Below are positions 20,410-33,531 of a stretch of DNA of 64,000 nucleotides, piece by piece; the stretch's first letter is position 1; every line of letters begins with the position of its first letter. Source of the DNA: an uncultured Chloroflexia bacterium (lineage in GTDB: Bacteria > Chloroflexota > Limnocylindria > Limnocylindrales > CSP1-4); the NCBI GenBank assembly GCA_963768655.1, contig CAVYIM010000009.1:64001-128000 (forward strand). The letters are read 5' to 3'. Both the position numbers and the translations under genes were made by a program. The notes below the pieces were generated by a model, which saw only the letters and a list, made by a program, of their open reading frames with translations, was not told where the DNA came from and did not search any database.

Positions 20410-21084
20410 GTGTTCGTCATCGTCGTAGGCGGCGGCAAGGTCGGGTACTTCCTGGCCCGCGAGCTGATCCAGTCGGGACACGAGGTCGCCCTCATGGAGC
20501 GCGACCGAGCCCGCGCCGCGCAGGTCACCGAGGAGATCGGGTCGATCGTCATCGCGCACGACGGCTGCGAGGGCAAGTACCTGGGCGAGGCCGGGGCCAA
20601 TCGCGCCGACATCGTGGCCGCGGTTACCGGCGACGACGAGGACAACCTCGTCATCTGCCAGATGGCCAAGCATCATTTCGACGTCCCGCGGACGATCGCC
20701 CGGGTCAACAACCCCAAGAACGAGAGCCTGTTCAAGCATCTCGGCGTGGACGAGATCGTGTCGCCTACGCGCATGATCCTGGGCTCGATCGAGGCGGACA
20801 TCCCCGTCCACGAGCTGCTCCACCTGGCCGTCCTAGGCGGCGGCGAGCTCGAGCTCGTCGAGGCTCAGCTGCGCGCAGGCTCGCCGGCTGTCGGCCGCAC
20901 GGCCAGCAGCCTGTCGCTGCCGGAAGGCTGCTCGATCTTCGCCGTCATCCGCGACGAGCGCGCCCTGTCGGTGCGCTCAGACACGGAGCTGCGCGAGGGC
21001 GACAAGCTCATCGGCATCGGCCGCACCGAGTGCGAGGAAGAGCTGCACCGGCTCCTTCTGGGTGAGGACGAACCGACGGCCTGA
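20410..21084 (+). CDS. trkA: TrkA family K+ uptake regulatory protein (RCK_N + RCK_C)
   Basis: VIVVGGGKVG, VTGDDEDNL, IARVNNPKN, C-terminal AVIRD..LREGDKL. Confidence 0.92.
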   Translation: MFVIVVGGGKVGYFLARELIQSGHEVALMERDRARAAQVTEEIGSIVIAHDGCEGKYLGEAGANRADIVAAVTGDDEDNLVICQMAKHHFDVPRTIARVNNPKNESLFKHLGVDEIVSPTRMILGSIEADIPVHELLHLAVLGGGELELVEAQLRAGSPAVGRTASSLSLPEGCSIFAVIRDERALSVRSDTELREGDKLIGIGRTECEEELHRLLLGEDEPTA

Positions 21085-21134
21085 CCGCCCAGGGACCTCC
21101 GGGCGGGGGCGAGCGGACGGGATTCGGCGACGAA

Positions 21135-22079
21135 CTAGCTGTTCAGGTCCACGAGCACGAGGCCGAGGATTGCCACGGCCGCACCCACGTACCACAGGCG
21201 CGGTGGCTTGTGGCCCTCCAGCCAGAAGGCGAACGGAACGCTGATCATCGGCGCGATGGCCACGATCGACTGGACCACGCCGGCGTTCATGGTCTGCTGA
21301 GCCCAGACCGTGCCGCTGACGGCCAGGATCGGACCGAAGAGCGAGTTCAAGCTGCCCCAGAAGAGGGGCCGAGTGGTCAGCCTGCCGCCGTCGGAGCCCA
21401 GGACCGACCTGGTCGAACCGTCGGCTGCGGCGAAGCCCCATTTCTTGCGCCAGGCCCAGCGAGCGGCAGCGTAGACGACGACGGCGACGAGGAAGCCGCC
21501 GATCAGTCGCTGGAAGGCAACGGTGATGACGTCGGGCGGGGTATGCGCGGCCTTCATGAGCAACATGCCGTTGCGAGTGGCCGCGAAGCTGATACCCTGC
21601 CCGACGGCCGCCAGGAGCGCGAGGCCGATGCCGAGCGCGACGCCCTTGCCCGGAGCGTTCCCGACGGCGCTGCCTCGAACGTACGGCAGGAGGCCGATCA
21701 CGACCCCTGCGAGGATGACCGCACAGAAGACGATCTGGCGTGTCGTGAGCGGGTCCGAGTACCAGACCCAGGCCACCGCCGCCGCCACTGGAGCGGCCAC
21801 GGTCTCCTCGACCAGGGACGCGAGCGGGGCGCCGAGTCGGGGCAGGGCGGCCAGGAGGGACAGACCACCGACGCCGAAGCCGATCGCGCCTGCGGTCACG
21901 AACAGAAAGGTCTGGCCCCTCAACCCCTGGCCGAAGGCAAAGGCCCAGATACCCAGGATGACGACGGCGAACGACAGCCGAAGCACGTTGGCGCGGACGA
22001 AGCCGATCAGCCTGATCCCGCGACCCGCGACAACCGGAGTGATGCCCGAGAAGAGAGCGGCGAAAAGCGCCGCGATCAC
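21135..22079 (-). CDS. DMT/EamA family transporter
   Basis: About 10 hydrophobic helices in two EamA-like halves. Confidence 0.8.
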   Translation of the reverse strand: MIAALFAALFSGITPVVAGRGIRLIGFVRANVLRLSFAVVILGIWAFAFGQGLRGQTFLFVTAGAIGFGVGGLSLLAALPRLGAPLASLVEETVAAPVAAAVAWVWYSDPLTTRQIVFCAVILAGVVIGLLPYVRGSAVGNAPGKGVALGIGLALLAAVGQGISFAATRNGMLLMKAAHTPPDVITVAFQRLIGGFLVAVVVYAAARWAWRKKWGFAAADGSTRSVLGSDGGRLTTRPLFWGSLNSLFGPILAVSGTVWAQQTMNAGVVQSIVAIAPMISVPFAFWLEGHKPPRLWYVGAAVAILGLVLVDLNS

Positions 22080-22304
22080 CGGACGTCTCCCCGTGGCGCG
22101 ACAGTCGGGTCAGGACAGGCGGCGCTCGCGCGCGCGTCAACGCGGTCGGATGCGTCGCGGTGAATGGCCAAGGGGCGAGGTCTCCATCTCCGGGTCAGGC
22201 GCCGTAATGTACATGGACCTGGCCGCTGTTCGTTAGCCCAGATGGCCCGAGCCGAGGGGCCATCGGTAACGGCAGATGACCGCCGACGTCTGCGGGGCGA
22301 GATT

Positions 22305-22376
22305 GCAACGGGGCTGGTCGCCGGGAGCGGCGCAGCGGCGCAACGGGGCTGGTCGCCGGGAGCGGCGCAGCGGCGC
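22305..22376. repeat. Intergenic tandem duplication, 35 bp x2 (GCAACGGGGCTGGTCGCCGGGAGCGGCGCAGCGGC)
   Basis: Direct head-to-tail copies starting at 22305 and 22340. Confidence 0.9.
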
Positions 22377-22401
22377 GGGGCGCCATGCCCCGGCTGGTCT
22401 G

Positions 22402-23325
22402 TCAGCCGCGCCCGCGGCCGAAGAGCCGGCCCTTCTTGACCGGGGCGGCCTGCCCGGCATCTGGCGTCTCCGTCTTTCGGGAGAGCCAGTCGATCGATGT
22501 CTCGCGGTAGAACTGGGCGATGGCGTGCTCCGGTCCAAGCTCGAACCGCCTGGACACCTGGTCCATCGGGAAGGCGACTTGCCCGTTCAGCTCGACGCCG
22601 TAACCCTCCTTGGGGTCGCGAATCCAGTGTGCCCCGGTGTTCAGGATCAGCACTTCGCCGACGTACGCGCCCATGGCCGGGACCATCGACTCGTAGGAGT
22701 CTCGCTCCGGGGCGGCGGGCCACCATTCGTCGATCAGCTCGTCCAGACGAATCGCGCTCTCGGGTGAGTAGTCGAGCCAGGTGACCCCGTTGGAGCCGGC
22801 CGACTTCACGAAGGCGTCGGCAGCGAGTCTCATCATCGCGGCCGGCCCATCCACGTTCGCGGACGGGGGCGCGGTCGGGCCGACGACGCCGCTCTCGACG
22901 GCCCAGGCTCGACTCTGCTCGAAGACCTGGTGCTGGAGGGCCTCGCTCGCGGTCAGCCGCTTCTCGACCATGCGCGTGGGCTGTGCCGGCTCCGGCTTCG
23001 CCTTCCCTTTCTTGGGGTTGGTGTCCGGGGGCAGCACTTCGCCGTAATGCTCGCCTGTCGCCCACCGGCCTCCGAACTGGCGGACGAGCACCTCGCCGAC
23101 GTATGCGGCCAGTTCCATCCGGGTCTTGAGTGTGATGGGGCTTTCGATAGACAGGAGCACGTCGACAAAGAGGTCGACCTCGCTCAGGCTGCGCCAGGTG
23201 AAGTCCATCTTGGCGGCCCGCGCCGGTGGAGCCCCGGCCACGAAACGCTCGGCGGCCGCGACCCAGCTGGCCATCTCGTCGGCCTGAGCTGAGTCCGCTG
23301 TCGGGTTTTCGGTCTTGCTCGCCAT
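22402..23325 (-). CDS. Hypothetical protein with an internally duplicated domain (DUF3806-like)
   Basis: Two similar units: MDFTWRSLSEVD..LAAYVGEVLVRQFGGRW and LDYSPESAIRLD..MGAYVGEVLILNTGAHW. Confidence 0.7.
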   Translation of the reverse strand: MASKTENPTADSAQADEMASWVAAAERFVAGAPPARAAKMDFTWRSLSEVDLFVDVLLSIESPITLKTRMELAAYVGEVLVRQFGGRWATGEHYGEVLPPDTNPKKGKAKPEPAQPTRMVEKRLTASEALQHQVFEQSRAWAVESGVVGPTAPPSANVDGPAAMMRLAADAFVKSAGSNGVTWLDYSPESAIRLDELIDEWWPAAPERDSYESMVPAMGAYVGEVLILNTGAHWIRDPKEGYGVELNGQVAFPMDQVSRRFELGPEHAIAQFYRETSIDWLSRKTETPDAGQAAPVKKGRLFGRGRG

Positions 23326-23469
23326 CGATCCCCTGAGAGGTCGCCGCGCCCGCAAATCGGACACCCCCGACGACCACTTCCCAAAGTCTGCGATCTGTGC
23401 GAGACGACTGCAAGAGCCGATTTCGACCCACCCCGCCTGCCGGCGGCACGCGGCCGAAGACCGCCGTTC

Positions 23470-24033
23470 CTACGTGGCCGCGTCCCATTGGGCGTGGTAT
23501 CGGGCCACGCCCGAGGCGCCCCGCATGGCGGCCCAGTCCATGACCAGCACCATGAAGGCCTCGTCCGGAACGTTCCACTGACATCGGATCCCATGCCCGG
23601 AAGCCTTCTCGAATCCGAAGCGCGGATAGTAGGCTGGGTGCCCCAGCACGACGACAAACGGGCACGCTGTCTCTCGAATTGCGGCCAGGCCGGCGGACGC
23701 GAGCTCGGTCCCGATTCCGCGACGCTGCCACTCGGGCAGCACGGCCAGTGGCGCCAGTCCCATGCCCCAGAGGACCCCGCCGTCCGCGGCTTCGAGCGCG
23801 ACCGGGCTGAAGAAGATGTGGCCGACCACGTGACCCTCGGCCACCGCCACGAAAGAGACGAGCCCCTCGCAGACCCCGCGCAACTGTTCGATTACGGCGC
23901 CTTCGTTGGGCCGGCCGAATGCCCGGTCGTTGACGTTGCGGATCGCGAGGATGTCTTCGGGTCTCTCACGACGGATCTCGGCCAACGCTTCGCTCGCTCC
24001 TGGTTGTCCCGCTTCGGAGCTGGCCGGCTCCAT
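23470..24033 (-). CDS. GNAT N-acetyltransferase (YhbS-like)
   Basis: VVGHIFFSPV, LAPLAVLPEWQRRGIG, VVLGHPAYYPRFGF. Confidence 0.92.
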   Translation of the reverse strand: MEPASSEAGQPGASEALAEIRRERPEDILAIRNVNDRAFGRPNEGAVIEQLRGVCEGLVSFVAVAEGHVVGHIFFSPVALEAADGGVLWGMGLAPLAVLPEWQRRGIGTELASAGLAAIRETACPFVVVLGHPAYYPRFGFEKASGHGIRCQWNVPDEAFMVLVMDWAAMRGASGVARYHAQWDAAT

Positions 24034-24181
24034 TCAGGGTTGCCTCAGCCCGACGGTGCATTATCGACATCACTGCGGCGCCTGCGTGTTGGCGACGGCA
24101 ACAGCGTGCCCGCCCTTCGTGCCGGGCCGGCCCACTGTACGCAACCGTCGCAAGATATACGGTTCCCACTCAGGCAATAGA

Positions 24182-24212
24182 CTTGACAACGGCGTTGTCA
24201 AGGTTCTATGGT
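24182..24212 (+). promoter_or_regulatory. Heat-shock operon promoter (TTGACA-18-TATGGT) overlapped by a HAIR-like inverted repeat CTTGACA-N7-TGTCAAG (24182-24202)
   Basis: Perfect inverted repeat with the geometry of the HspR operator CTTGAGT-N7-ACTCAAG, upstream of hsp20-hspR. Confidence 0.8.
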
Positions 24213-24292
24213 CCCAGTGCGTCGTTCGGTCGGTCGGTCAGGCCCGCTGTGGGCCGCCAGATAATCAGGACCCGGCCGGTTGGAGGTGCACG

Positions 24293-24778
24293 ATGACGCT
24301 CATTCGCCGCTCTTCGGCCCCCTTCGGAGACCTGCTCTCGCTGCGTCAGGCGATGGACCGCCTGTTCGAGGAGAGCTTCGTCAACCCGCGAACGTGGAGT
24401 TGGGGCGAGCACCAGCTCGTCGCGCTCGATGTCTACGCCACGGACCAGGATCTCCTGATCGAGGCCAACCTCCCCGGCGTGAAGCCGGAGGAGGTCGACA
24501 TCACCGTCGAGGGCAATACCCTGACGATCGCCGGCGAAACCCGCTCCAGCCGCAAGGACGAGGAGGGTTCGACGCTGATCCAGGAGATCCGCCGCGGCAC
24601 GTTCAGCAGGACGCTGACCCTGCCCGACGGCCTTGAGGCAGACAAGGCAACGGCCACGTTCGAGGATGGCGTGCTCACCCTTCGCATCCCCAAGGCCGAA
24701 CAGGTCAAGCCGCGCCAGATCAAGATCACCTCCGGCGATGGCCAGCATACGCAGCCGGCTGCGGTCGGGACGAAGTAG
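24293..24778 (+). CDS. Hsp20/alpha-crystallin small heat-shock protein
   Basis: LRQAMDRLFEESF, LDVY, LPGVKPEEVDITV, GTFSRTLTLP, ATFEDGVLTLRIPK, KPRQIKI; GGAGG RBS. Confidence 0.95.
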   Translation: MTLIRRSSAPFGDLLSLRQAMDRLFEESFVNPRTWSWGEHQLVALDVYATDQDLLIEANLPGVKPEEVDITVEGNTLTIAGETRSSRKDEEGSTLIQEIRRGTFSRTLTLPDGLEADKATATFEDGVLTLRIPKAEQVKPRQIKITSGDGQHTQPAAVGTK

Positions 24779-24785
24779 GCCGGCG

Positions 24786-25319
24786 GTGTCCGATCGACGT
24801 TTCCAGCGAGACCCGGAGCGCCCGTGCTTCGTGATCAGCGTCGCGGCCGGTCTGGTTCAGGCCCACCCGCGCACGCTGCGGATCTACGAGGACGAGGGCC
24901 TGCTCTCGCCCGCGCGAACGCCGACGAACATCCGTCTCTACTCCGAGAACGACATCCGGCGCATCCTCTGGATCAGGCGCCTGACTCAAGAGAGAGGCGT
25001 CAACCTCGCCGGCGTCAAGCTGCTGTTCGAGCTCGAGGAGAGACTCCAGACTCGAATCCTGGAGGCTCTCTTCGACGACAACCAGGCTCGAGAGGCCGGT
25101 GCGGCCGCCGCGGCGCGACAGCCTCAATCCGGTGAATCCACCGAGACACAGAACCATCGCGCTGCCGAAACCCCTTCCGATGGAGATGGCTTCGGCGACT
25201 CGGAGGACGGCCGGACCGCCGGCCAGGCCCGATGGCCGGCGCAACCGACCAGACTTCCCATCACACGTATAGTGGCCACCCGCGCAACCACGACTCGATC
25301 AGGAGACTCCAATGACTGA
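24786..25319 (+). CDS. hspR: MerR-family heat-shock repressor HspR
   Basis: FVISVAAGLVQAHPRTLRIYEDEGLLSPART..RLYSENDI..GVNLAGVK, in a chaperone operon. Confidence 0.88.
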   Translation: MSDRRFQRDPERPCFVISVAAGLVQAHPRTLRIYEDEGLLSPARTPTNIRLYSENDIRRILWIRRLTQERGVNLAGVKLLFELEERLQTRILEALFDDNQAREAGAAAAARQPQSGESTETQNHRAAETPSDGDGFGDSEDGRTAGQARWPAQPTRLPITRIVATRATTTRSGDSND

Positions 25320-27840
25320 CCGGCCGGCCGAACAGGACGACGAGCTCGTCCAGGACGGCGAGGACCCCAAAACCGAAGAACAGCAGGTCCACGTGTCGGG
25401 CGTTCGGGAACTCCCCCTCGTTGCCTTGCGAGAGACGGTCATCTTCCCCGAGATGATCGTGCCGCTCCAGGTTGGGCGGGACAAGAGCGTTGCCGCGCTC
25501 AACGCGGCCACGGCCGCGAGCGGCCCGATCGCCCTCGTCACCCAGATTGAGGCGGAACGCGAGGAGATCGAGGATCCGAAGGAGCTCTATTCCGTCGGAA
25601 CGCTGGCCAAGATCGCCCAGGTCGTGCAGCTCCAGGACGGGACCGTCCGGGCCATCGTCCAGGGCCAGGGCCGGCTCAAGGTCCTGGAGTTCGTCCAGAC
25701 CAGCCCCTACATCATCGTGCGCGTCGAAGAGCTTCCGGACGTGACGCCCGAAGGCATCGAAGTCCAGGCCCTTATGCGCACGGTCCAGGCCCAGATCGAG
25801 CAGTACGTTGCCAACGGCGCGCCCGTGCCGCCGGAGGCGGCGGTGGCCGCCCGCAATATCAGCGAGCCCGGCCTCCTGGCCGACATGGTCGCCTACAGCC
25901 CCGATCTCTCGACGGAGCAGCGGATGCAGCTTCTCGAGACGACAGACGTACTGGAGCGACTCAAGATCGTCTCCAACTTCCTGGGCCGCCAGATCGAGAT
26001 CCTGGAGCTGAAGGGCAAGATTCAGTCCGAGGTCAAGTCCGAGATGGACAAGACCCAGCGGGAGTACATCCTGCGCGAGCAGCTGAAGGCCATTCAGCGG
26101 GAGCTCGGCGAAGACGACCCTCAGCAGGCCGAGATCAACGAGCTGCGGGAGAAGGTCGAGGCTGCCGGAATGCCCGAGGAAGTCAAGTCCCGGGCGCTCA
26201 AGGAAATCGACCGCATGAGCCGGATCCCATCCGCCTCGCCCGAGGTCGGCGTCATCCGGACCTATGTCGACTGGCTGATCGCGCTGCCCTGGAACGTCTC
26301 CACGACGGACAACCTGGACATCAAGGCCGCGGCCAAGATCCTCGACGAGGACCACTACGGCCTGGAGAAGATCAAGGAGCGCATTCTCGAGTACCTGGCC
26401 GTTCGAAGCCTGGCCGAAACGCTGCGCAGCCCGATCCTCGCCTTCGTCGGCCCACCCGGCGTCGGCAAGACCTCGCTCGGCAAGTCGATCGCCCGGGCAA
26501 TGGGCCGCAAGTTCGTGCGCATGAGCCTGGGCGGTATTCACGACGAAGCCGAGATCCGGGGCCACCGGCGCACCTACATCGGCGCGCTGCCGGGCCGGAT
26601 CATCCAGAACGTCAAGACGGGCGGCTCGAACAATCCGGTCTTCATGCTCGACGAGGTCGACAAGATCGGCATGGACTTCCGGGGCGACCCGAGCTCGGCG
26701 CTGCTGGAGGTCCTCGACCCGGAGCAGAACAACACCTTCCAGGACAACTACCTGGAGGTGCCCTTCGACCTCACCAAGGTGCTCTTCATCACGACCGCCA
26801 ACCTGCTCGACCCGATCCCGGCGCCGCTGCGCGACCGCATGGAGGTCATCCCGCTGCCCGGCTACACGGAGACCGAGAAGATCGAGATCGGCAAGCGGTT
26901 CCTCATCCCCAAGCAGATGAAGAACCACGGCCTGTCCGAGAAGACGATCGCCATCACCGACGAGGCGATGGTCGAGATGGTCCGCTCGTACACCCACGAA
27001 GCCGGCGTGCGCAACCTGGAGCGCGAGATCGCGAATGTCATGCGCAAGGTGGCTCGGGCAGTGGCCGAGGGTCGCAAGCGCAAGACCGTCGTCGACTGCA
27101 AGAAGCTCGTCGAGTACCTCGGGCCGCAGCGCTTCGAGTATGGCGAGCTGGAGTCCGAGGACCAGATCGGTGCGGCCACCGGCCTGGTCGTGACCGAGGT
27201 CGGCGGCGACGTGATCGCCATCGAGGTCACCCTGATGGAGGGCAAGGAGGACTTCATCCTCACCGGCCAGCTGGGCGAGGTGATGCGCGAGTCGGCCCGG
27301 GCAGGTCTGTCGTGGATCCGTGCCCACGCCGCACAGCTCGGCATCAAGCGCGAAGTCTTCGAGAAGAACACCCTCCACATCCACGTTCCGGCCGGCGGCA
27401 TCCCCAAGGACGGCCCGTCGGCGGGCATCACCATGACCCTGGCTATGGTCAGCGCCTTCACGGGCATCCCGGTCCGCAAGGACGTGGCGATGACCGGCGA
27501 GATCACGCTCCGCGGCAGGGTTCTGCCGATCGGCGGCCTGAAGAGCAAGATCCTGGCCGCGCATCTGTCGGGCGCGAAGATGATCATCCTGCCGAAGAAG
27601 AACGAGAAGGATCTGCGGGACATCCCCGAGGAAATCCGCAAGCAGATCAAGCTCGTGCTGGTCGAGAACATGGAGCAGGTCCTCGACGCGGCCCTCCGGC
27701 GCAAGCCGATGCCGCTCAGCACCGAACCGGGCAAGCCCGCCGGGGGCGGCAAAGAGTCCGAGACGGAAACCGTCCCCGAAGGACGGATCCGGCCCGGTTT
27801 CCCGCCACCTCCGGTCGATCAGCCTCCCGCGATGGCATAG
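25312..27840 (+). CDS. lon: ATP-dependent Lon protease
   Basis: [30 protein letters not shown] catalytic Ser, PIGGLKSK. Confidence 0.98.
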   Translation: MTDRPAEQDDELVQDGEDPKTEEQQVHVSGVRELPLVALRETVIFPEMIVPLQVGRDKSVAALNAATAASGPIALVTQIEAEREEIEDPKELYSVGTLAKIAQVVQLQDGTVRAIVQGQGRLKVLEFVQTSPYIIVRVEELPDVTPEGIEVQALMRTVQAQIEQYVANGAPVPPEAAVAARNISEPGLLADMVAYSPDLSTEQRMQLLETTDVLERLKIVSNFLGRQIEILELKGKIQSEVKSEMDKTQREYILREQLKAIQRELGEDDPQQAEINELREKVEAAGMPEEVKSRALKEIDRMSRIPSASPEVGVIRTYVDWLIALPWNVSTTDNLDIKAAAKILDEDHYGLEKIKERILEYLAVRSLAETLRSPILAFVGPPGVGKTSLGKSIARAMGRKFVRMSLGGIHDEAEIRGHRRTYIGALPGRIIQNVKTGGSNNPVFMLDEVDKIGMDFRGDPSSALLEVLDPEQNNTFQDNYLEVPFDLTKVLFITTANLLDPIPAPLRDRMEVIPLPGYTETEKIEIGKRFLIPKQMKNHGLSEKTIAITDEAMVEMVRSYTHEAGVRNLEREIANVMRKVARAVAEGRKRKTVVDCKKLVEYLGPQRFEYGELESEDQIGAATGLVVTEVGGDVIAIEVTLMEGKEDFILTGQLGEVMRESARAGLSWIRAHAAQLGIKREVFEKNTLHIHVPAGGIPKDGPSAGITMTLAMVSAFTGIPVRKDVAMTGEITLRGRVLPIGGLKSKILAAHLSGAKMIILPKKNEKDLRDIPEEIRKQIKLVLVENMEQVLDAALRRKPMPLSTEPGKPAGGGKESETETVPEGRIRPGFPPPPVDQPPAMA

Positions 27841-27896
27841 TCCCCGCTGCGACGGCAGCGGTAGTCTTCACAGAGCAGCCAACAGGCAACGTGGTG

Positions 27897-27916
27897 GCCG
27901 GCGGAAACGCCGGCCT
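27897..27916 (+). terminator. GC hairpin GGCCGGCG-GAAA-CGCCGGCC between lon and dnaJ (terminator or mRNA stabiliser)
   Basis: Perfect 8-bp stem with a GNRA loop; no U-tract. Confidence 0.35.
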
Positions 27917-27979
27917 CCGCGCGTGGCGAGCAACTGAATACGGCGTGTCGCCGGGCCCACGGCGACCGGGAGGCCGTCG

Positions 27980-29161
27980 ATGGAATACAAGGACTACTAC
28001 AAGACGTTGGGCGTGGCCCGCACGGCCACCCCGGCGGACATCAAGAAGGCGTACAGGCGGCTGGCCCGCGAGCTTCACCCTGACCGGAATCCCGGCGACA
28101 AGACCGCCGAGCGAAGGTTCAAGGACGTCAACGAGGCGCACGAGGTGCTGGCCGATCCGAAGAAGCGCCAACAGTACGACATGCTCGGCTCGAACTGGGA
28201 CCAGTACGCCAGGGCCGGCGGCCCGGGGGCGGGGGCGACCGGCAGTCCCTTCGGGGCCGGCGCCGGAGATCCATTTGGGCCGGGCGGTCCGTTCGCGGGC
28301 TACGCCGGCCAGGGGGGCGGCGGCAACGTCCGCTACGAATTCCACTCGGCCGGGTCGGAGGACTTCTCCGACTTCTTCCGGATGTTCTTCGGGGGCGCCG
28401 ATGCCGCGGCCGCTGCGGGCGGGGCACGGGCCGCGACGAGCACGGCCCAACCCGCCGGCCCCGCATCCGAGCGGTCCGCCCGCGGCAAGCCGGCCGGCGG
28501 GACACGGCGGGGCAACCCGCTGGAGGATCTGCTGGGGCGACTCCACAGCGACGGGGCCGGGGCCACTGCTACGCAGGCGGGTACGCGGCCGGTCACGCGC
28601 GGTCAGGACGGCGACGGCCGGGCCGCGGGGCGCGGCGTACGCCACGGCGACGACATGGACGTGGAAATCGACCTGAGCCTGGAGGAAGCCTTCCACGGTT
28701 CGGCGCGGCTCGTCCAGGTCGGCGATCGACGTCTGGAGGTCAAGGTTCCACGCGGCGTGGAGACGGGCAGCAAGATCCGCCTCCGCGGCAAGGCCGGCTT
28801 GGGCCCGGACTCCGGCGACCTGTACCTGGTCACGAAGATACGGCCCCACCCGGTCTTCACGCGAAGCGGGGCGGACCTGACTCGCGAGCTGCCGATCACC
28901 CTCGGCGAGGCGCTGCTCGGTGGCGAGGCGGAGGTGGAGACCCTCGGCGGGCGCGTCGTGCTGAAGATCCCGCCCGGCACTCAGCAGGGCCAGACCTTCC
29001 GGCTGGCCGGCAAGGGAATGCCGCGCCTCAAAGGCGAGGGCTCGGGCGACCTCTACGCCAGGGTCAAAGTCGTCCTGCCGGGCAAGCTGGAAGGCAAGCA
29101 GCGTCAGGCCGCCGAGGAGTTCCTCCGCCAGATCGTCCAACCCAACCCACGCAAGAGCTGA
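27980..29161 (+). CDS. DnaJ-class co-chaperone, type II/CbpA-like (no Zn finger)
   Basis: [12 protein letters not shown] motif, G/F-rich region, DnaJ C-terminal domain, no CxxCxGxG repeats. Confidence 0.93.
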   Translation: MEYKDYYKTLGVARTATPADIKKAYRRLARELHPDRNPGDKTAERRFKDVNEAHEVLADPKKRQQYDMLGSNWDQYARAGGPGAGATGSPFGAGAGDPFGPGGPFAGYAGQGGGGNVRYEFHSAGSEDFSDFFRMFFGGADAAAAAGGARAATSTAQPAGPASERSARGKPAGGTRRGNPLEDLLGRLHSDGAGATATQAGTRPVTRGQDGDGRAAGRGVRHGDDMDVEIDLSLEEAFHGSARLVQVGDRRLEVKVPRGVETGSKIRLRGKAGLGPDSGDLYLVTKIRPHPVFTRSGADLTRELPITLGEALLGGEAEVETLGGRVVLKIPPGTQQGQTFRLAGKGMPRLKGEGSGDLYARVKVVLPGKLEGKQRQAAEEFLRQIVQPNPRKS

Positions 29162-29231
29162 TGCAACCGGACCTCCGTGATCGCCCGGCGGGCACCCGGA
29201 CAGGGCCGCGAGACCCACTGAGGGAAAGCCA

Positions 29232-31979
<2,748 letters not shown>

Positions 31980-32175
31980 AGGCGCCCGGCGCGACCTCGA
32001 TGGGCAGGACAGTCTCGGCGCGATGGTCGCCGCGCGATAAGGTGCGCCATCTGGCAGAGACGACGGGATCGCGGGGGTTCGTGCCAGCCGCCGGCGGTCT
32101 AGCATCGGAAGGCGTGCGCCGTTGCCATTCGCGGGCGGGAATCGGCAGGCGCTCGGCCGGTAGTCGGAGGTTCGG

Positions 32176-33408
32176 GTGAAGTTCGAGCTCGTTCGCGAGA
32201 GGCTGCGGGCGCTGCCGCGCGAGCTGCCGGCGGCGCCAGCCATCCTGACGCCGGTCCGCATCGACTCGCCCGAGCCCCTGTTCCTGCACCGGCCCGTGGC
32301 GCCGGTCAGGCAGGCGGCCGTGCTCGTGCTGCTCTTCCCTGATGAGGACGGCGAGGGGCGCGTCTTGCTGACGGCCCGCGTGCCGGAGCTGAGCTCGCAT
32401 GCCGGCGAGGTCAGCTTCCCCGGCGGCTCGGCCGAGCCGGGCGACGTGGACCCCGTCGCCACGGCGCTGCGGGAGTCGGCCGAGGAGATAGCCCTCGATC
32501 CGAAGGCCTGCGGCCTGCGGGTCATCGGCCCGCTCGAGCGCTTCGACATCTCCGTGTCGGGGTTCCGCGTGACGCCGGTGCTCGCGGTCGCCGACCGCCG
32601 TCCGGCATGCCGCCCCAACGCGGACGAGGTCGCCCGCATCATCGAGCCGCCGGTCGAGGCTTTCCTACCTGACGCACCCGTCGAGCTCGAAGAGCGGGTC
32701 ATCCGCGAGCGCTTGATCAGATATGGCGTCTACCCGGTCGAAGGCGAGCGCGTCTGGGGCGCCACCGCCCGAATGCTCGGCCAGCTCGGCGTGCTCCTGG
32801 CGACAGAGCCGGCCACGATCCCGGCCGCGATCCCGGCCACGACCCCGGCGGCAGAGCCGGCCACGGCCCCGGCGACCGACAGCGGGGAGCCGGCGTCCGT
32901 TCCGACCGAGGAGCCGCGAATCCGCCGCGCGACTCCCGCGGACAGGGCCGGCATCGACGCGTTTCTCGCCGCGATGGCTCCTGAGCTGGTCCGCTCGTTG
33001 CCGCCCGTGTCGGAGCTTTTCGTGGCCGAGATCGCCGGCCGCATCGTGGGCCTGGCAAGCTGGGCCCCGTGGGATCGGCCGCGCCGGGAGGACGAGCCGC
33101 GCGGTTTCGATGGGCTCAGCTTCGATGGAGATGGCCGCCCGCCCGCGGAACTGACCCTGCTCGCGGTGACCCCCAGCCTGCGCGGCCGCGGCGTAGGCCG
33201 CAGTCTGACCGATGCCATCGCCGCCGCCGCCGGCTCGGCCGGATTCCGCCGCCTGTTGGCCTGGACCCTGGCTGACACCGCGATCTCTCCGGCGTCCGTG
33301 GCGGCACGAGCCTACTTCCGCTCGAGCCGTTTCGTGGATCTGGCCGTCGACCGCTGCTACCGGGCCGGCGGGGAGGACCGCCTGATGCTCAGCCGCGCCA
33401 TCGATTGA
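32176..33408 (+). CDS. CoA pyrophosphatase-type Nudix hydrolase fused to a C-terminal GNAT domain
   Basis: AAVLVLL, LLTARVPELSSHAGEVSFPGG..ALRESAEE, VWGATARML; Pro/Ala/Thr linker; then IRRAT..LAVTPSLRGRGVGRSL. Confidence 0.85.
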   Translation: MKFELVRERLRALPRELPAAPAILTPVRIDSPEPLFLHRPVAPVRQAAVLVLLFPDEDGEGRVLLTARVPELSSHAGEVSFPGGSAEPGDVDPVATALRESAEEIALDPKACGLRVIGPLERFDISVSGFRVTPVLAVADRRPACRPNADEVARIIEPPVEAFLPDAPVELEERVIRERLIRYGVYPVEGERVWGATARMLGQLGVLLATEPATIPAAIPATTPAAEPATAPATDSGEPASVPTEEPRIRRATPADRAGIDAFLAAMAPELVRSLPPVSELFVAEIAGRIVGLASWAPWDRPRREDEPRGFDGLSFDGDGRPPAELTLLAVTPSLRGRGVGRSLTDAIAAAAGSAGFRRLLAWTLADTAISPASVAARAYFRSSRFVDLAVDRCYRAGGEDRLMLSRAID

Positions 33409-33531
33409 ACTCGTGCCACCGAGCCGTGGGTCGGAGAAACGCGCCATGGGTGTGATGCGATAGGCTTGCGTCGCCCGCCCCAGACGGATTGGCCGCCTCC
33501 CGGAGCCGGCTACCGGACGAGGAGAACCCAA

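Noticed and set aside
22305-22376. Possible CRISPR repeat (35 bp)
   Set aside because: Two head-to-tail copies with no spacer, and no cas genes in the window.
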